From NCBI GenBank assembly GCA_964016885.1, contig OZ024758.1, forward strand, positions 7,254,001 through 7,318,000: a stretch of 64,000 bases of DNA, in the 5' to 3' direction. This stretch comes from Eledone cirrhosa. Lineage: Eukaryota. A program made the position numbers and the translations under genes. The stretch's first letter is position 1; each line of letters begins with the position of its first letter. The notes under the pieces are model-generated. The model saw only the letters and a program-made list of their open reading frames with translations. It did not search any database and was not told where the DNA came from. Below, one piece after another: positions 15,793 through 27,914 of this stretch.

Positions 15793-16232
15793 TGGTGGTG
15801 GTGGTGGTAGTAGTAGTAGTAGTGGTGGTGGTAGTGGTAGTAGTGGTAGTAGTGGTAGTAGTGGTAGTAGTAGTAGTAGATTAGTAGTAGTAGATTAGTA
15901 GTAGTAGTAGTAGTAGCTTAGTAGAAGTAGTAGTAGTAGTAGTAGTAGCTTAGTAGAAGTAGTAGTAGTAGTAGTAGTGATGGTGGTGGCGGTGGGAGCG
16001 GTGGTTGTTGTTGTGGTGGTGGTAGTAGTAGAAGTAGTAGTAGTAGCTTAGTAGTAGCAGCAGCAGTAGTAGTAGTAGTGACGGTGGTGGTGGTAGCGGT
16101 GGTGGTAGTAGTGGTAGTAGTAGTGCAGCAGCAGTAGTAGCAGCAGTAGTGGGTAGTAGTAGTAGTAATAGTAGTAGTATAGTAGTAGTAGTAATAGTTG
16201 TAGTAGTAGCGGTGATGGTTGTGGTGGTGTTG

Positions 16233-16272
<40 letters not shown>

Positions 16273-16429
16273 CGGTGGTGGTGGTGATGGTGATGATGGT
16301 GGTGGTTGTTGTGATGGTGGTGATGATGGTGGTGGTGGTGCTTGTGGTGGTGATAGAGGTCATGGTGGTGGTGGTGGTGGTGGTAGTGGTGGTCGTGGTG
16401 GTAGAGTTCGTGATGGTGATGGTGGTGGT

Positions 16430-16460
<31 letters not shown>

Positions 16461-16810
16461 ATGACAGAGGTCATGGTGGTGGTGATGATAGAGGTTATGG
16501 TGATGATGGTGGTGTTGGTGGTGCTTGTGGTGGTGGTGGTGATAGAGGTCATGCTGGTGGTGGTGGTGGTGGTGGTGGTGGTAGAGTTCGTGATGGTGAT
16601 GATGATGGTGATGGTGGTGGTGGTGGTGGTGGAGGTGACAGAGGTCATGGTGGTGGTGGTGATAGAGGTCATGGTGGTGGTGGTGGTGGTGGTGGTGGTA
16701 GAGTTCGTGATGGTGATGGTGATGGTGGTGGTGGTGGTGGTGGTAGTGGAGGTGACAGAGGTCATGGTGGTGGTGATGATAGAGGTTATGGTGATGATGG
16801 TGGTGGTGGT
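15793..16810. repeat. (TAG)n/(GGT)n compound microsatellite with recurring AGAGGTCAT and AGAGTTCGT interruptions
   Basis: Visible; the interruptions recur, indicating block duplications. Confidence 0.95.
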
Positions 16811-17345
16811 GGGGGGGACACTAATGGCTTTACTATTGGAGGTAATTATGATGTCGGTGGAGTAATGGCGGCGGTACTAGAACGATAGTGACGAAAGAAA
16901 AGGTGACGTTAATATCTTAATATCGGTAGAGGTAGGGATGGTCGTAATATCGGTATAGTGATATTTCCAGTGCCATATCGATGGTGGAGAGAATATTAGT
17001 GGAGAAAACGCCAAGTGAAAAGAATATTGGAAAAGTCAAACAAACGTCTACTTCAATTACTGCACGAGACACACTGATCGATGTTAAAGATTTCAAAAGG
17101 AATGCATAATGAGAAAAAAACATGGCTGCTATTATATAGAGTATGTGAGCATGGCAACATAGATTTGTTTGTCTTGTTCTTCTTCTTGTTCTGCTATGTA
17201 TATACATGTATATGTTGTTTTAGTTTGTATGGCATTTTTTATTTTTTTATAGATTCATATGTTTAATGATAGAATGCTATATAATAAGAAAATAATGTAT
17301 GTGTATACATACATACATACATACATACATACATACATACATACA

Positions 17346-17406
<61 letters not shown>

Positions 17407-17469
17407 GTCCCAAGGCTCTGGTACCATCAACACCATAAACACAGAGCTGGCATATCTAAGAACTGACTA

Positions 17470-17525
17470 ACTGCCTGATGAGGTCATAGCCATTCAATGG
17501 CTATAATCGAAATATATATAGCAGT
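17470..17525 (+). ncRNA. Type I hammerhead ribozyme (minimal helix III) in a TA-flanked ~165-bp element (17404-17570)
   Basis: ACTGC-CTGATGA-[GGTCATAGCCATTCAATGGCTATAATC hairpin]-GAAA-TATATA-TA-GCAGT: helix I ACTGC/GCAGT, intact core, long helix II, palindromic helix III, AUA cleavage triplet; AATAAA follows. Confidence 0.8.
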
Positions 17526-17591
17526 AAATAAAGGATTATGAGTTCATGCAATTGACTTATGTTTCGTCACTATATATATATATATACATAC

Positions 17592-17630
<39 letters not shown>

Positions 17631-17688
17631 GATAACAAGTTATCGTTATAGGTCCATGTTATTCTTCAACTATATATATATACATACA

Positions 17689-17741
<53 letters not shown>

Positions 17742-17753
17742 CATATATATATA

Positions 17754-17941
17754 TGGGTGTTTGTCTGTCTGTGTGGTTAACATTTTTATATGTGTGTACG
17801 TTGCCCAGAGTGAATGCTTGTGAATGTGCATGCATTATTCCAAACATAATGTATATATCAATGTATATATCAATGTTTGGGTATGGAAGTCTACATAGGA
17901 TTTCATTGTTTGTTTGCGTAATTGTTCCGCTATATATATAT

Positions 17942-17992
<51 letters not shown>

Positions 17993-18435
17993 ATAATAAT
18001 AAATTTGAAGACTAAAATCCAAAGAGGGCTCGATAAGGATAAATATATATCAAATATATAAGAACCGTAGAGCAAATATTTATTAAAATAACAGATTAAA
18101 GTTTAAGCAAAGAATCGCTGCTTTCACCCTTAACGGGATCTTCTGAAACTAACAAAGTGAATCTGTGAACGCAGAAGTGAATATTTCAAAAAACGTTTCC
18201 ACGAACCAAAGTATCGTCTTCCTCCGGTTGCAACGTTTTTTGAAATATTCACTTCTGCGTTCACAGATTGACTTTGTTAGTTTCAGAAGATCCCGTTAAG
18301 GGTGAAAGCAGCGATTCTTTGCTTAAACTTTAATCTGTTATTTTAATAAATATTTGCTCTACGGTTCTTATATATTTGATATATATTTATCCTTATCGAG
18401 CCCTCTTTGGATTTTAGTCTTCAAATTTATTTTTA

Positions 18436-18507
<72 letters not shown>

Positions 18508-18802
18508 GCGTAACAATTACGCAAAAAAACAATAAAATCCTATGTACACTTCCATACCCAAACATTGATATATACAATCATATTTATCCTCTCTAGTACG
18601 CATCTTAACACTAAACTTCAAATACACTTTTCAATGGTGACGTGCATACAGATATTCCTAATACAGAGCGACTGAAACATGTACAAATATGCATATGTCC
18701 ATGTGTTTTAAGATTAAATTCTTGATATTATGTTTGGAATAATGCATGCACATTCACAAACATTCACTCTGGGCAATGTACACACACTCAGACAAACACC
18801 CA
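17754..18802. repeat. ~1-kb nested inverted repeat (fold-back)
   Basis: Inner arms 17991-18197 and 18232-18438 are near-perfect reverse complements; beyond TA tracts, outer arm 17754-17930 matches 18506-18575 plus 18727-18802 at lower identity. Confidence 0.93.
18279..18329 (+). ncRNA. Hammerhead-like motif with variant core (CAGAAGA), mirrored on minus strand near 18100-18150
   Basis: AGTTT-CAGAAGA-TCCCGTTAAGGGT-GAAA-GCA..TGC-TT-AAACT; three helices in correct register, U4>A and U.U at 10.1/11.1. Confidence 0.55.
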
Positions 18803-19982
18803 CGTATATACAAGAATATATTATTTTTAAAATGTTACTATTATTTCAATAGATTATACAATAGAATATAAAGTTCGGATATTTCAGCTCTAAAAATTCA
18901 GTGAATATATCTCGTATATCGTTTAATAGAATGTTAGTATCGTTTAATTTTGAAAATTCATATAAAAATATTTCATTTTTCTTTATATAAAAATATTTAT
19001 ATAAAAATATTTCTTCTTGTTGTGGTTTATTGAAACGAAAGTAAAACCTTGCTTGACTGAACTCTTACAGTTGGAATACCTTTGTGTTGTTTTCTATTGT
19101 GGAATCTTTTGTACATAAAAGTATATGTTTTGTAGTAGTGTATATATACAGAGTACGCAATGGCGTATAAAATGAAAATAAGTACATTTCGTCGTTTCAC
19201 AGTTTCCGTTTTTATTTTTTTTTATTTAATTCATGGCGTGTTATTAAAATAAGACAGCTGAAAGACTTAAATGTGACTAGCTTTATTCTAGAAGTTCTTT
19301 TATCACAATATTCATAGTAAAAATAAATATTTCATAAAGATTCCATCTTTGTCGTTATTTATCAATATACAAAGATTTTTTTTTCTCGTTCTCGTTCTTG
19401 CCAAAGCAACATAAAGCTAGTTTCCATGGGTCACTCAATCTCGTTGTCTCCCTTATCTACCATTTCCCCGTCTTATAGTCACGGCATTCTAATAAACACT
19501 TTATTCTTCTATTATGTTCCCTTTTATCTCTGCTGTCACTCACTACTTTTCTGTTTGTTGTCTGTCATCCTATAACTTCCATGCTATCTCCATAGCATGA
19601 CAGCGAACAAAAATACTTAGATCATTTTATATGTGGTTATTTTGCAACATTAAAAGAATATTTCAAATCCTGCCTTCTGTTGTCTTTTATATATTTAACT
19701 CCGTTCCTTCACTAGCCACGAGATACCACGTCTACGATGGAGGTATTGCACAATGTCGAGTGCTTTAGTTTCTTACATCCAAGTTGGCTTACCGGAATGA
19801 CCATCCAACATAAATGGTATATATATATATATATATATATATAATCTCTCTCTCTCTATATATATATACATATATATAAATAAATATGCATATCTGTATA
19901 TATATAGAGATATATATATATATATACAGATATATATGCATATACAATATCTATATACCTATATATATATACTTTTGTATGA

Positions 19983-20060
<78 letters not shown>

Positions 20061-20070
20061 CATATACACA

Positions 20071-20109
<39 letters not shown>

Positions 20110-20574
20110 CTGTGTATATATATTATATATATATGAACGCATTAGTAAAATTTATGTTAGCTTTTCTGATAATCTCTATTGTTCTTTTAATAAATATCTG
20201 ATGTTACAGATGACTGGCTGACTTGCAGTTGGATCTCCTTTCTAATGTGATGAAAAAACATGAAAACATAACAAGTTATGACTAATATAGAATTCCTATT
20301 TAAATTGGCCACTGTTTAGATTCTATTGTAAATTACATGCTTGCTCGTACAAACGTTGTTTTTTTTAGTTACCAAACCATAGAAGAAAAGAAACGTATTT
20401 GTTTGTTTTTTAAACATAGTTGTTATTGGAATAAACAATAAACAATACAGACGATGTATAGGCAGAATTGTTAGAACGTCTGTTAAAACACTTTACAGAG
20501 TTTGTCCCGTCTCTCCGAGAAGTGAAGTTGATTTCGGTGAGAGTTGAACATACAACGTAAAGTGATGTACAAAC

Positions 20575-20818
20575 AATTGTTTCCACTTTTAGGCACAAGG
20601 CCAGCAATTATCACAGTGCATTAATGGTACTTTATTTTTTCGGTCCCGTAAGGTTGAAAGACAAAGTTAACCTCGGCTGGATTTGAACTCAGACCTTAAA
20701 GGGCCGTAACTCTATGCTGCAAAGCATGGCGTCTGACACTCTACCGATACTGCCAATCCACCGAAATAATGCAAAGTGTTTTGTCTGGCGCTCTAACGAT
20801 TCTGTTAAACCACTGCCA
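20575..20818 (-). mobile_element. SINE family A copy plus 5' fragment
   Basis: GGCACAAGGCCAGCAATT..AAAGTTAACCTCGGC.GGATTTGAACTCAGA..CTGCCAATCCACCG. Confidence 0.85.
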
Positions 20819-20829
20819 TATTTATAATA

Positions 20830-20997
20830 GGTCCATAGGCTGAAAGGTCCATAGGCTGATCAAGATACTCTCATGGAATGACCAAATGAGGTTTATTTTT
20901 CAACATAGTCCCTGGAAAAAAACAATGCAGAAGAGTAGAAATTGATGCATGCAAGATTTCACAGCTCTAGCATCACTATTTTATAGTCAGCCTCGTA
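20830..20997 (+). mobile_element. Mariner-like MITE (family M), partial TIRs
   Basis: Same internal sequence as 49124-49325. Confidence 0.8.
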
Positions 20998-21871
20998 AAT
21001 GATTCATCTAAATATTTCTGAATTAAGAAGAAGGGGTCTGTGACATTTTTTTTTCTCTCAAAGAAAAGAGTTAGTGAAGTGAATTGGATTTAGAAAGTAA
21101 TCGACACCTGATCGGTGATTCTGCTGTTTACAGAGATCTCAGCTCTACACCGTTCATCGTTAGATTTCTGCAAAATGTGTAGGAGAAATGTGCATAGTTT
21201 AAGTACACGAATATTGATCTTTGATTCATAAAGAGATGTTTCCAATTGAAAGAGTGAAGAGGAAATCAAAAGAAAAATGGAGGAACGTTTAGATAAAACA
21301 CCACTGAATATTGAAGTATAATTATCTTTATCACCTGTATTTTTTTTATTTCCAAGGATTTGATCCTCTTATTTCGTTTGATGTGTTTGTACTATCTTAA
21401 TCGGTTTTCTTTTCAATTTCCTATTCATTTTATCTGTTATTTGTCCCCAAGTAACTTTATCTTATCTTATTGTTGGTTGATTATCTCCACCATCATCCTC
21501 CTCATCATTTCTCTTCAATCACCCCTCTTTTCCTCATCATCCTCATCAACATTCTGCTCATCGTCATCACCATATTCATCTTATTTATGGTCTTTCCTGG
21601 AGGAATTGATTCTTTTGGAACCATCTTCATAACATTCATGGAAACTTTATGCCGTTTTTTCGGATTCTTCTTGTTATCGACACCGGGCGAAATACTATAT
21701 GAAATACTATACAAAACCCGTGTAATTCAGAGCTATTATAGAATGTATGTAATACTGTTAAAGCTGCCAATATAATTATCTACCTTTGTGGCATCTTGAC
21801 TACATTAAACTGTAGGTAGAGGGTTGTAAATATATTTTAAGCATAGACCGGTAAAACATTAATGTAGAACT

Positions 21872-22036
21872 GGAGGGTCGGACACCATGCTTTGACGCAT
21901 AGAGTTACGGCCCTTGCCATTCTGAGTTCAAATCCCGCCGAGGTTAACTTTGCCTTTAATCCTTACGGGGGTCGATAAAATAAAGTACCAGCAATACACT
22001 GGGTAATTGCTGGCCTTGTGCTCAAAGTAGAAACTG
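21872..22036 (+). mobile_element. SINE family A, short (internally deleted) form
   Basis: Core followed directly by CACTGGGTAATTGCTGGCCTTGTG. Confidence 0.85.
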
Positions 22037-22350
22037 TTATTATATCCCCGAGAACATGTGTACTAGTAGCAAAATGGGCGAGGGTTCATTTGATAGCATC
22101 CACTTTAAGTCTGGTGTTTTGGAGCCATATTTCTAAGCCTCGAGAACGGTAAGTGATGCATTGGAGAGATGATGTGTTAGAAAATGAGGGTGGAAGGTTC
22201 ATTTATTAAATTGCAAAATCTGGATGCGTTGTTTTTGTTTTTTTTGTGTGTGTGTGTGTGTGTGTGCTTTTTTTTTTGTATATTGTTAAGGTGAGAGAGG
22301 ATTATCTCGTCAGAGCTTTGAATATTAGGTATATACATACATACATACAT

Positions 22351-22388
<38 letters not shown>

Positions 22389-22391
<3 letters not shown>

Positions 22392-22574
22392 AAAAAGTAT
22401 GACCCAGACGGCAGAGCTCAAGCCGTTTCGACGGCTATTGCTAGAAATAGTCGTCGAAACGGCTTGAGCTCTGCCGTCGGGGTCATACTTTTTCCTATTA
22501 CCCACTCTACTACCCTAAGTATTGAGTACTCTGGTGCGTTATGGTTAATCTGGCTCCTTACCACAATTCCTTCG

Positions 22575-22576
<2 letters not shown>
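22389..22576 (+). mobile_element. TA-flanked fold-back element with the 3' two-thirds of a hammerhead (family H2)
   Basis: Inverted arms 22389-22496; helix II-like GACGGCTATT/AATAGTCGTC, GAAA, helix III CGGC/GCCG, GUC triplet, GGGGTC; CTGANGA absent; related to 36607-36746. Confidence 0.75.
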
Positions 22577-22630
<54 letters not shown>

Positions 22631-22752
22631 GGCTCAGGGTCACCTATAGGAGGTATGCCTGTGCATAGAGTGCTTGTTGTGGTACCACCACTAGTAATTC
22701 ACTGAATATCCTACACTATATATAGTATTATAATTATAAATAGGAAAAGATA

Positions 22753-22953
22753 TACGGGTCTAGGCTGAACGTTCGTAGTTTGACTATGAAGGAGTGATGC
22801 TAGAGCTGTGAAATCTTGCATGCATTAATTTCAACTCTTCTTATTAATAACTGCATTGTTTCTTTCTCGGGACTATGTTGAAAAATATACCTAATTTGGT
22901 CATTCCATGAGAGTATCTTGGTCAAACTATGAACTTTTTAACCGACCTTCATA
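22753..22953 (-). mobile_element. Mariner-like MITE (family M)
   Basis: Reverse complement of 49124-49325 with degenerate TIRs. Confidence 0.85.
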
Positions 22954-23689
22954 TTTCGTTGTGTTAAATATTAAACCAGTATATTTTTTAAAAAGGCATT
23001 TTAAAGTTAGATGGTAGCGTGAATTATGGAGGGGATTTGGTTGCTATTTATAGCATGACGAGGCATTCACTCGTGTCTACTGGTAAGAGAGATGACGTGA
23101 TAGACAAAGTAGAAATATTTACTTTCCAGTAAAACCCACCTCTGTCTTCACTTAAAGAGATGGTGGATAGAGATGTCATGACCTCCAGTATTTTGACAGA
23201 TGGGTGAAAATGACTAGTTCAGCGTAACTAGATGGTTCAACTAACGCATGATTCATTCGTAGAATGCTGGAAAAATGTACTTTGTGTTAGGAACATTCAA
23301 GGTTGCGAGGAAGTGACCGGGTTTTCCCAATACGTCTGTCACTTTTTAGACGGAAATATAATTACAGAATCTATCTATATTTTAAAAAATAAAATTCAAT
23401 ACTTTTATATATTGTTTCACGTGTTGAAGTACACTCTTTTTATGCGTTTGTTTTTCCTTTCCATAATATCTACCTTTGGTTACCGTATGAAAAATAAAGA
23501 AAACATTATTATCGAGGGAATCAATGATGGGTTCTCTACATTGCCACAAGATAAGCTAGCTATAGTAGTCAAATATTCCTCAAATCACACCATGAAATCT
23601 GTTTTTTTTTTTTAAAGGTATAATATGACCTAATATAAACTATATCTGAAACGAAAGGGTAGTCATAGCTAGAATACTTTGGACAGGCA

Positions 23690-23860
23690 AAGGGCCAACA
23701 ATTTTTTGGAAATGGCTAAGTCGATTATAACGACCCCAGTACGTTACTGGTACTTTATTTATCGACCTCATAAGGATGAAAGGCAAACCTAGCGTAAAGA
23801 GGAGAAACAAATACTGTAACGCATTTACCTGACGAAGTAATGACTCTGCCAACCCATAGC
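23690..23860 (-). mobile_element. SINE family A, partial
   Basis: ACTGGTACTTTATTTATCGACCTCATAAGGATGAAAGGCAAA. Confidence 0.8.
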
Positions 23861-24212
23861 CTAAATAACAATAATAATAATAATTTTAGCACTTAATGTA
23901 CCGGTTAAGTGGAGGGACAAGTCAATATGATGGACTATCCCTTCCCTAAATTTCTGGCCTCATGCTAAAATTAGAAATCATTATCACCACCACCACCACC
24001 ACCACTACCACCACCACCACCACTACCACCACCACTACCACCGCCACCACCTACACTACCACCACCACCACCACCACGGTTTTTTTTATCATCCTGAGGA
24101 GAGCGAATCCAGATAATAATAATAATTCTTCATCTCATGAACTTATATTATGATTTGATACCTTACCTTTTATATATATATATATATATATATATAAGTA
24201 TATATATTCATA

Positions 24213-24243
<31 letters not shown>

Positions 24244-24245
24244 AG

Positions 24246-24327
<82 letters not shown>

Positions 24328-25063
24328 GAATAACTTCAGTAGCATCCTTAATAAAATATTATGGCAATCCGGAGGGAATTCGTTTTAATCCCATTATAGA
24401 GCAATATAATTCATTGTCTAGTATAGCAAGAATACGAAATACCTAATAAATATCACTGACCTTACGCTGCAAGTTTTTCATTCGTTTTATTAATATTTAC
24501 ACCGAGATATTCTACAACATAACAACACAAAATTCTTATCGTCTGCTACTCTTTCAATTCACATTCTTATTTCCCAATATTCTTTCTTATTCTCAGAAAG
24601 AAATGAAAAACAATTATCGACAAACGCATATTTCAAACGAAGAGCGTAGTATTCCTACATAAAAATACCGTACTGTAGTATAGCTAAGCGTGATATGTGT
24701 GTCTGTGTGTGTGTATATGGGGGGGGGGGGTGTATATACAAGCATACACACATACATACATATATACAAGCATACACACAAATACACACACACACACGCA
24801 TATATATATATATATATTTCAGGTCTGGTTGTCATTTATTTTTTATCATTTATTTTGTTTTGACCTGTTTAGCTTGATTTGGTTTTTTGGCTTGGGTGGT
24901 TAATGCTTTCTTGATCACCTTTTCAGTTTTGTATGGCTTCTTAACACATTGTTTGGCTCTGGTTTTTAACTATTGAGCACTTTGCCAGCATCATTTCTGA
25001 TTTTTTGCGTTTCGCTTCGCTTTTCCTGCCCGTCGAAAATGCGATTCTCGCTGAATCTTTATT

Positions 25064-25100
<37 letters not shown>

Positions 25101-25589
25101 CTATGTATGTAGGCATGTATGTAGCATGTATTGTGTGTATATGTAGGTATATATGTATGCATGTATGTATGTATGTATGGATGTATAGATGTATGGATGT
25201 ATGGAGGGACCTCGTTTGCCTTAAAAATGTGAGGGGGGACAAACCAACATTTGTTGATTCTTAAAGGAGCATAAATTGCTTATGGAGCCTTTCCCGGACC
25301 CTATCACATAAGGACAATTTTACGCTAATTAATATGAAGTTCAGTAATTAATATGAATTTAAATGAAGTTCAGATATAAAAAAATAAACTTATAATAAAC
25401 AAAAAATAAAACATAGACGTTTGAAAAAGTTGCAGGGACTTGTCCCCTGGTATCCCCTCAAACAAGGCCCTTGGATGCATGCATATATATATATCTATAT
25501 ATGTATATGTTTATCTCTTTCTCTTAATTTCTAGTATATTTTTGACTGGCCACCTTCCTGGTGGCAAGGTTGTAAAAGAAAAGAAATTG

Positions 25590-25772
25590 TCATCCCTTGA
25601 ATCGCAAGAATGTTTTGCAAATTTTGAAGGTGCCAGCTATCGCAGCCATTTGTAGACTATGAATTAGGGAGCTGCACTCTTTGTCCGCAAATCCAAGTTC
25701 AGTTATACATTGGTCCAAGCGGGTTGGTATATAACCCGTAGCTCCAATAATGATGGGTATGAAGCTAAAGGT
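25590..25772 (-). mobile_element. RLE-type (R4/Dong-like) non-LTR 3' fragment
   Basis: YTFSFIPIIIGATGYIP..LGF..LQMAAIAGTFKICKTFLRF*; paralogous to 25965-26195. Confidence 0.7.
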
Positions 25773-25789
25773 GTATATATATATATATA

Positions 25790-25910
25790 TAATTGTTTCT
25801 GATTTTGGCACAAGGCCAGCAAATACCCAGTGTATTACTGGTACTTTATTTTATCGACCCCGTAAGGAGGAAAGGCAAAGTTTAACCTCGGCGAGATTTG
25901 AACTCAGAAT
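25790..25910 (-). mobile_element. SINE family A, short form fragment
   Basis: TTTTGGCACAAGGCCAGC..GATTTGAACTCAGAA. Confidence 0.85.
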
Positions 25911-25964
25911 GGCAAGATCTGTACATGTGTATATGCTTTGCATCTGTACATGTGTATATGCAGT

Positions 25965-26195
25965 TATTAGATGCAACATTTTTGGAATGTTTTACATATT
26001 TTTACTGTTCCATTAATTGATTGTACTTGTAATTTCCTAACTAGTTGTGTTCTTTCTGTTCCTGTGAAGCCCAGCTTCTCAAGATTTGTATTGAGGCAGT
26101 TACTAACATATCCCAGTGCCCCAATAATCACAGGCATAAATCTGAAGGTGTAATCAGGGTGGAGTATCTGCAGATTTCTCATCAGTTCTGCATAA
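25965..26195 (-). mobile_element. RLE-type (R4/Dong-like) non-LTR 3' fragment
   Basis: MRNLQILHPDYTFRFMPVIIGALGYV..LEKLGF..LQVQSINGTVKICKTF; PxIIGALG motif of RLE C-termini; next to (TATG)n. Confidence 0.75.
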
Positions 26196-26835
26196 ATATT
26201 CTCCTATGTATGTATGTATGTATGTATGTATGTATGTATGTATGTATGTATGTATGTATGTATGTATGTATGTATGTATGTATGACCATATATATATGTA
26301 TGTGTACAAAAGAGCTTTATCTTCTCTAACGATTTGATTGATTATAGAAGAAGATTTTCTCTAAACACATTTCGTTTATCTATCGAGTTTAAAATCAATA
26401 AAAGCTTTAATTCATGTGTTCTGTCTATTAGTAATATAATTCAGAAATAATGCCGACATAGCTGAATCCAATGAGTCAGTCACGTGATTATTCTGTCCTG
26501 TTGACATATATAACGTATTTGCAGATATTATGTAGCTAGGTTTTTACCTAAGTGTTTCGTAAAAAGAGTAGCTCATGTCATATGTATTTCTGGTGATATA
26601 TTCAGTGATAGGTTTAGCATTAGCTTTCAATGTTTGTCTAAAAGTAACATGGAGAATGTAGAAATGACCTTAAACATGGCAACGGTGAAGAGTTAGGCGA
26701 ATTTGAGATTAGTGACAGTAAGAGGAGATGAGAGAGTGGGGGTGGGGTGGGGTGGAGAGGAATAGACAGAGAGGGGGGGGGGGCTGAATGTGGTGGATAT
26801 TGATGGGGGAGGGGGGAATAGACTAGAAATAAAGG

Positions 26836-26877
<42 letters not shown>

Positions 26878-26969
26878 GAGATAGAGAGATGGATAGAGGG
26901 GAAGAGGAGAGGGAGAGGGCAGAGAATCAGGGAGCGAGAGAGAGGGAGATAAAGCGCCGAGAAAACGGA

Positions 26970-27061
<92 letters not shown>

Positions 27062-27079
27062 AAATAAAGTTGTGATGAG

Positions 27080-27760
27080 AAAATGGTGAGGTTTGCAATG
27101 TCTGATGATGATGGTGATGATGATGATAATGATGATGAGAAGATGGTGATGATGATGATGATGATGATGATGGTGCGAAGATGGTGATGATGATGATGAT
27201 GATGGGAAAATGGCGAGGCTTGCAATGTCTGGTGGTGATGATGATGATGATGATGGGAAGATGGCGAGGCTTGCAATGTCTGGTGGTGGTGATGATGATG
27301 ATGATGATGATGATGGGAAGATGGCGAGGCTTGCAATGTCTGGTGGTGGTGATGATGATGATGATGGGAAGATGGCGAGGCTTGCAATGTCTGGTGGTGG
27401 TGATGATGATGATGATGATGGGAAGATGGCGAGGCTTGCAATGTCTGGTGGTGGTGATGATGATGATGATGGGAAGATGGCGAGGTTTGCAATGTCTGGT
27501 GATGATGATGATGATGATGATGGGAAGATGGCGAGGTTTGCAATGTCTGGTGGTGGTGATGATGATGATGATGGGAAGATGGCGAGGCTTGCAATGTCTG
27601 GTGGTGGTGATGATGATGATGATGATGGGAAGATGGCGAGGTTTGCAATGTCTGGTGATGATGATGATGATGATGATGGGAAGATGGCGAGGTTTGCAAT
27701 GTCTGGTGATGATGATGATGATGATGATGGGAAGATGGCGAGGTTTGCAATGTCTGGTGG
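27080..27760. repeat. Minisatellite: GGGAAGATGGCGAGG(C/T)TTGCAATGTCTGGT core + (GGT)n(GAT)n, ~12 copies
   Basis: Constant ~30-bp core separated by variable-length triplet spacers. Confidence 0.95.
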
Positions 27761-27914
27761 TGATTCATCATTTCCGAATGTTTGACACAACTTTCTATCA
27801 ATGACAGTATCAAGTGGTCGGACGACTTGATGAGAACAGCCTTGTTGCACAACCTCCCATTGTTTAGAGTTGTTGGCATGCAATGACAATCTGGCTAGCT
27901 TTATTACATTTACC

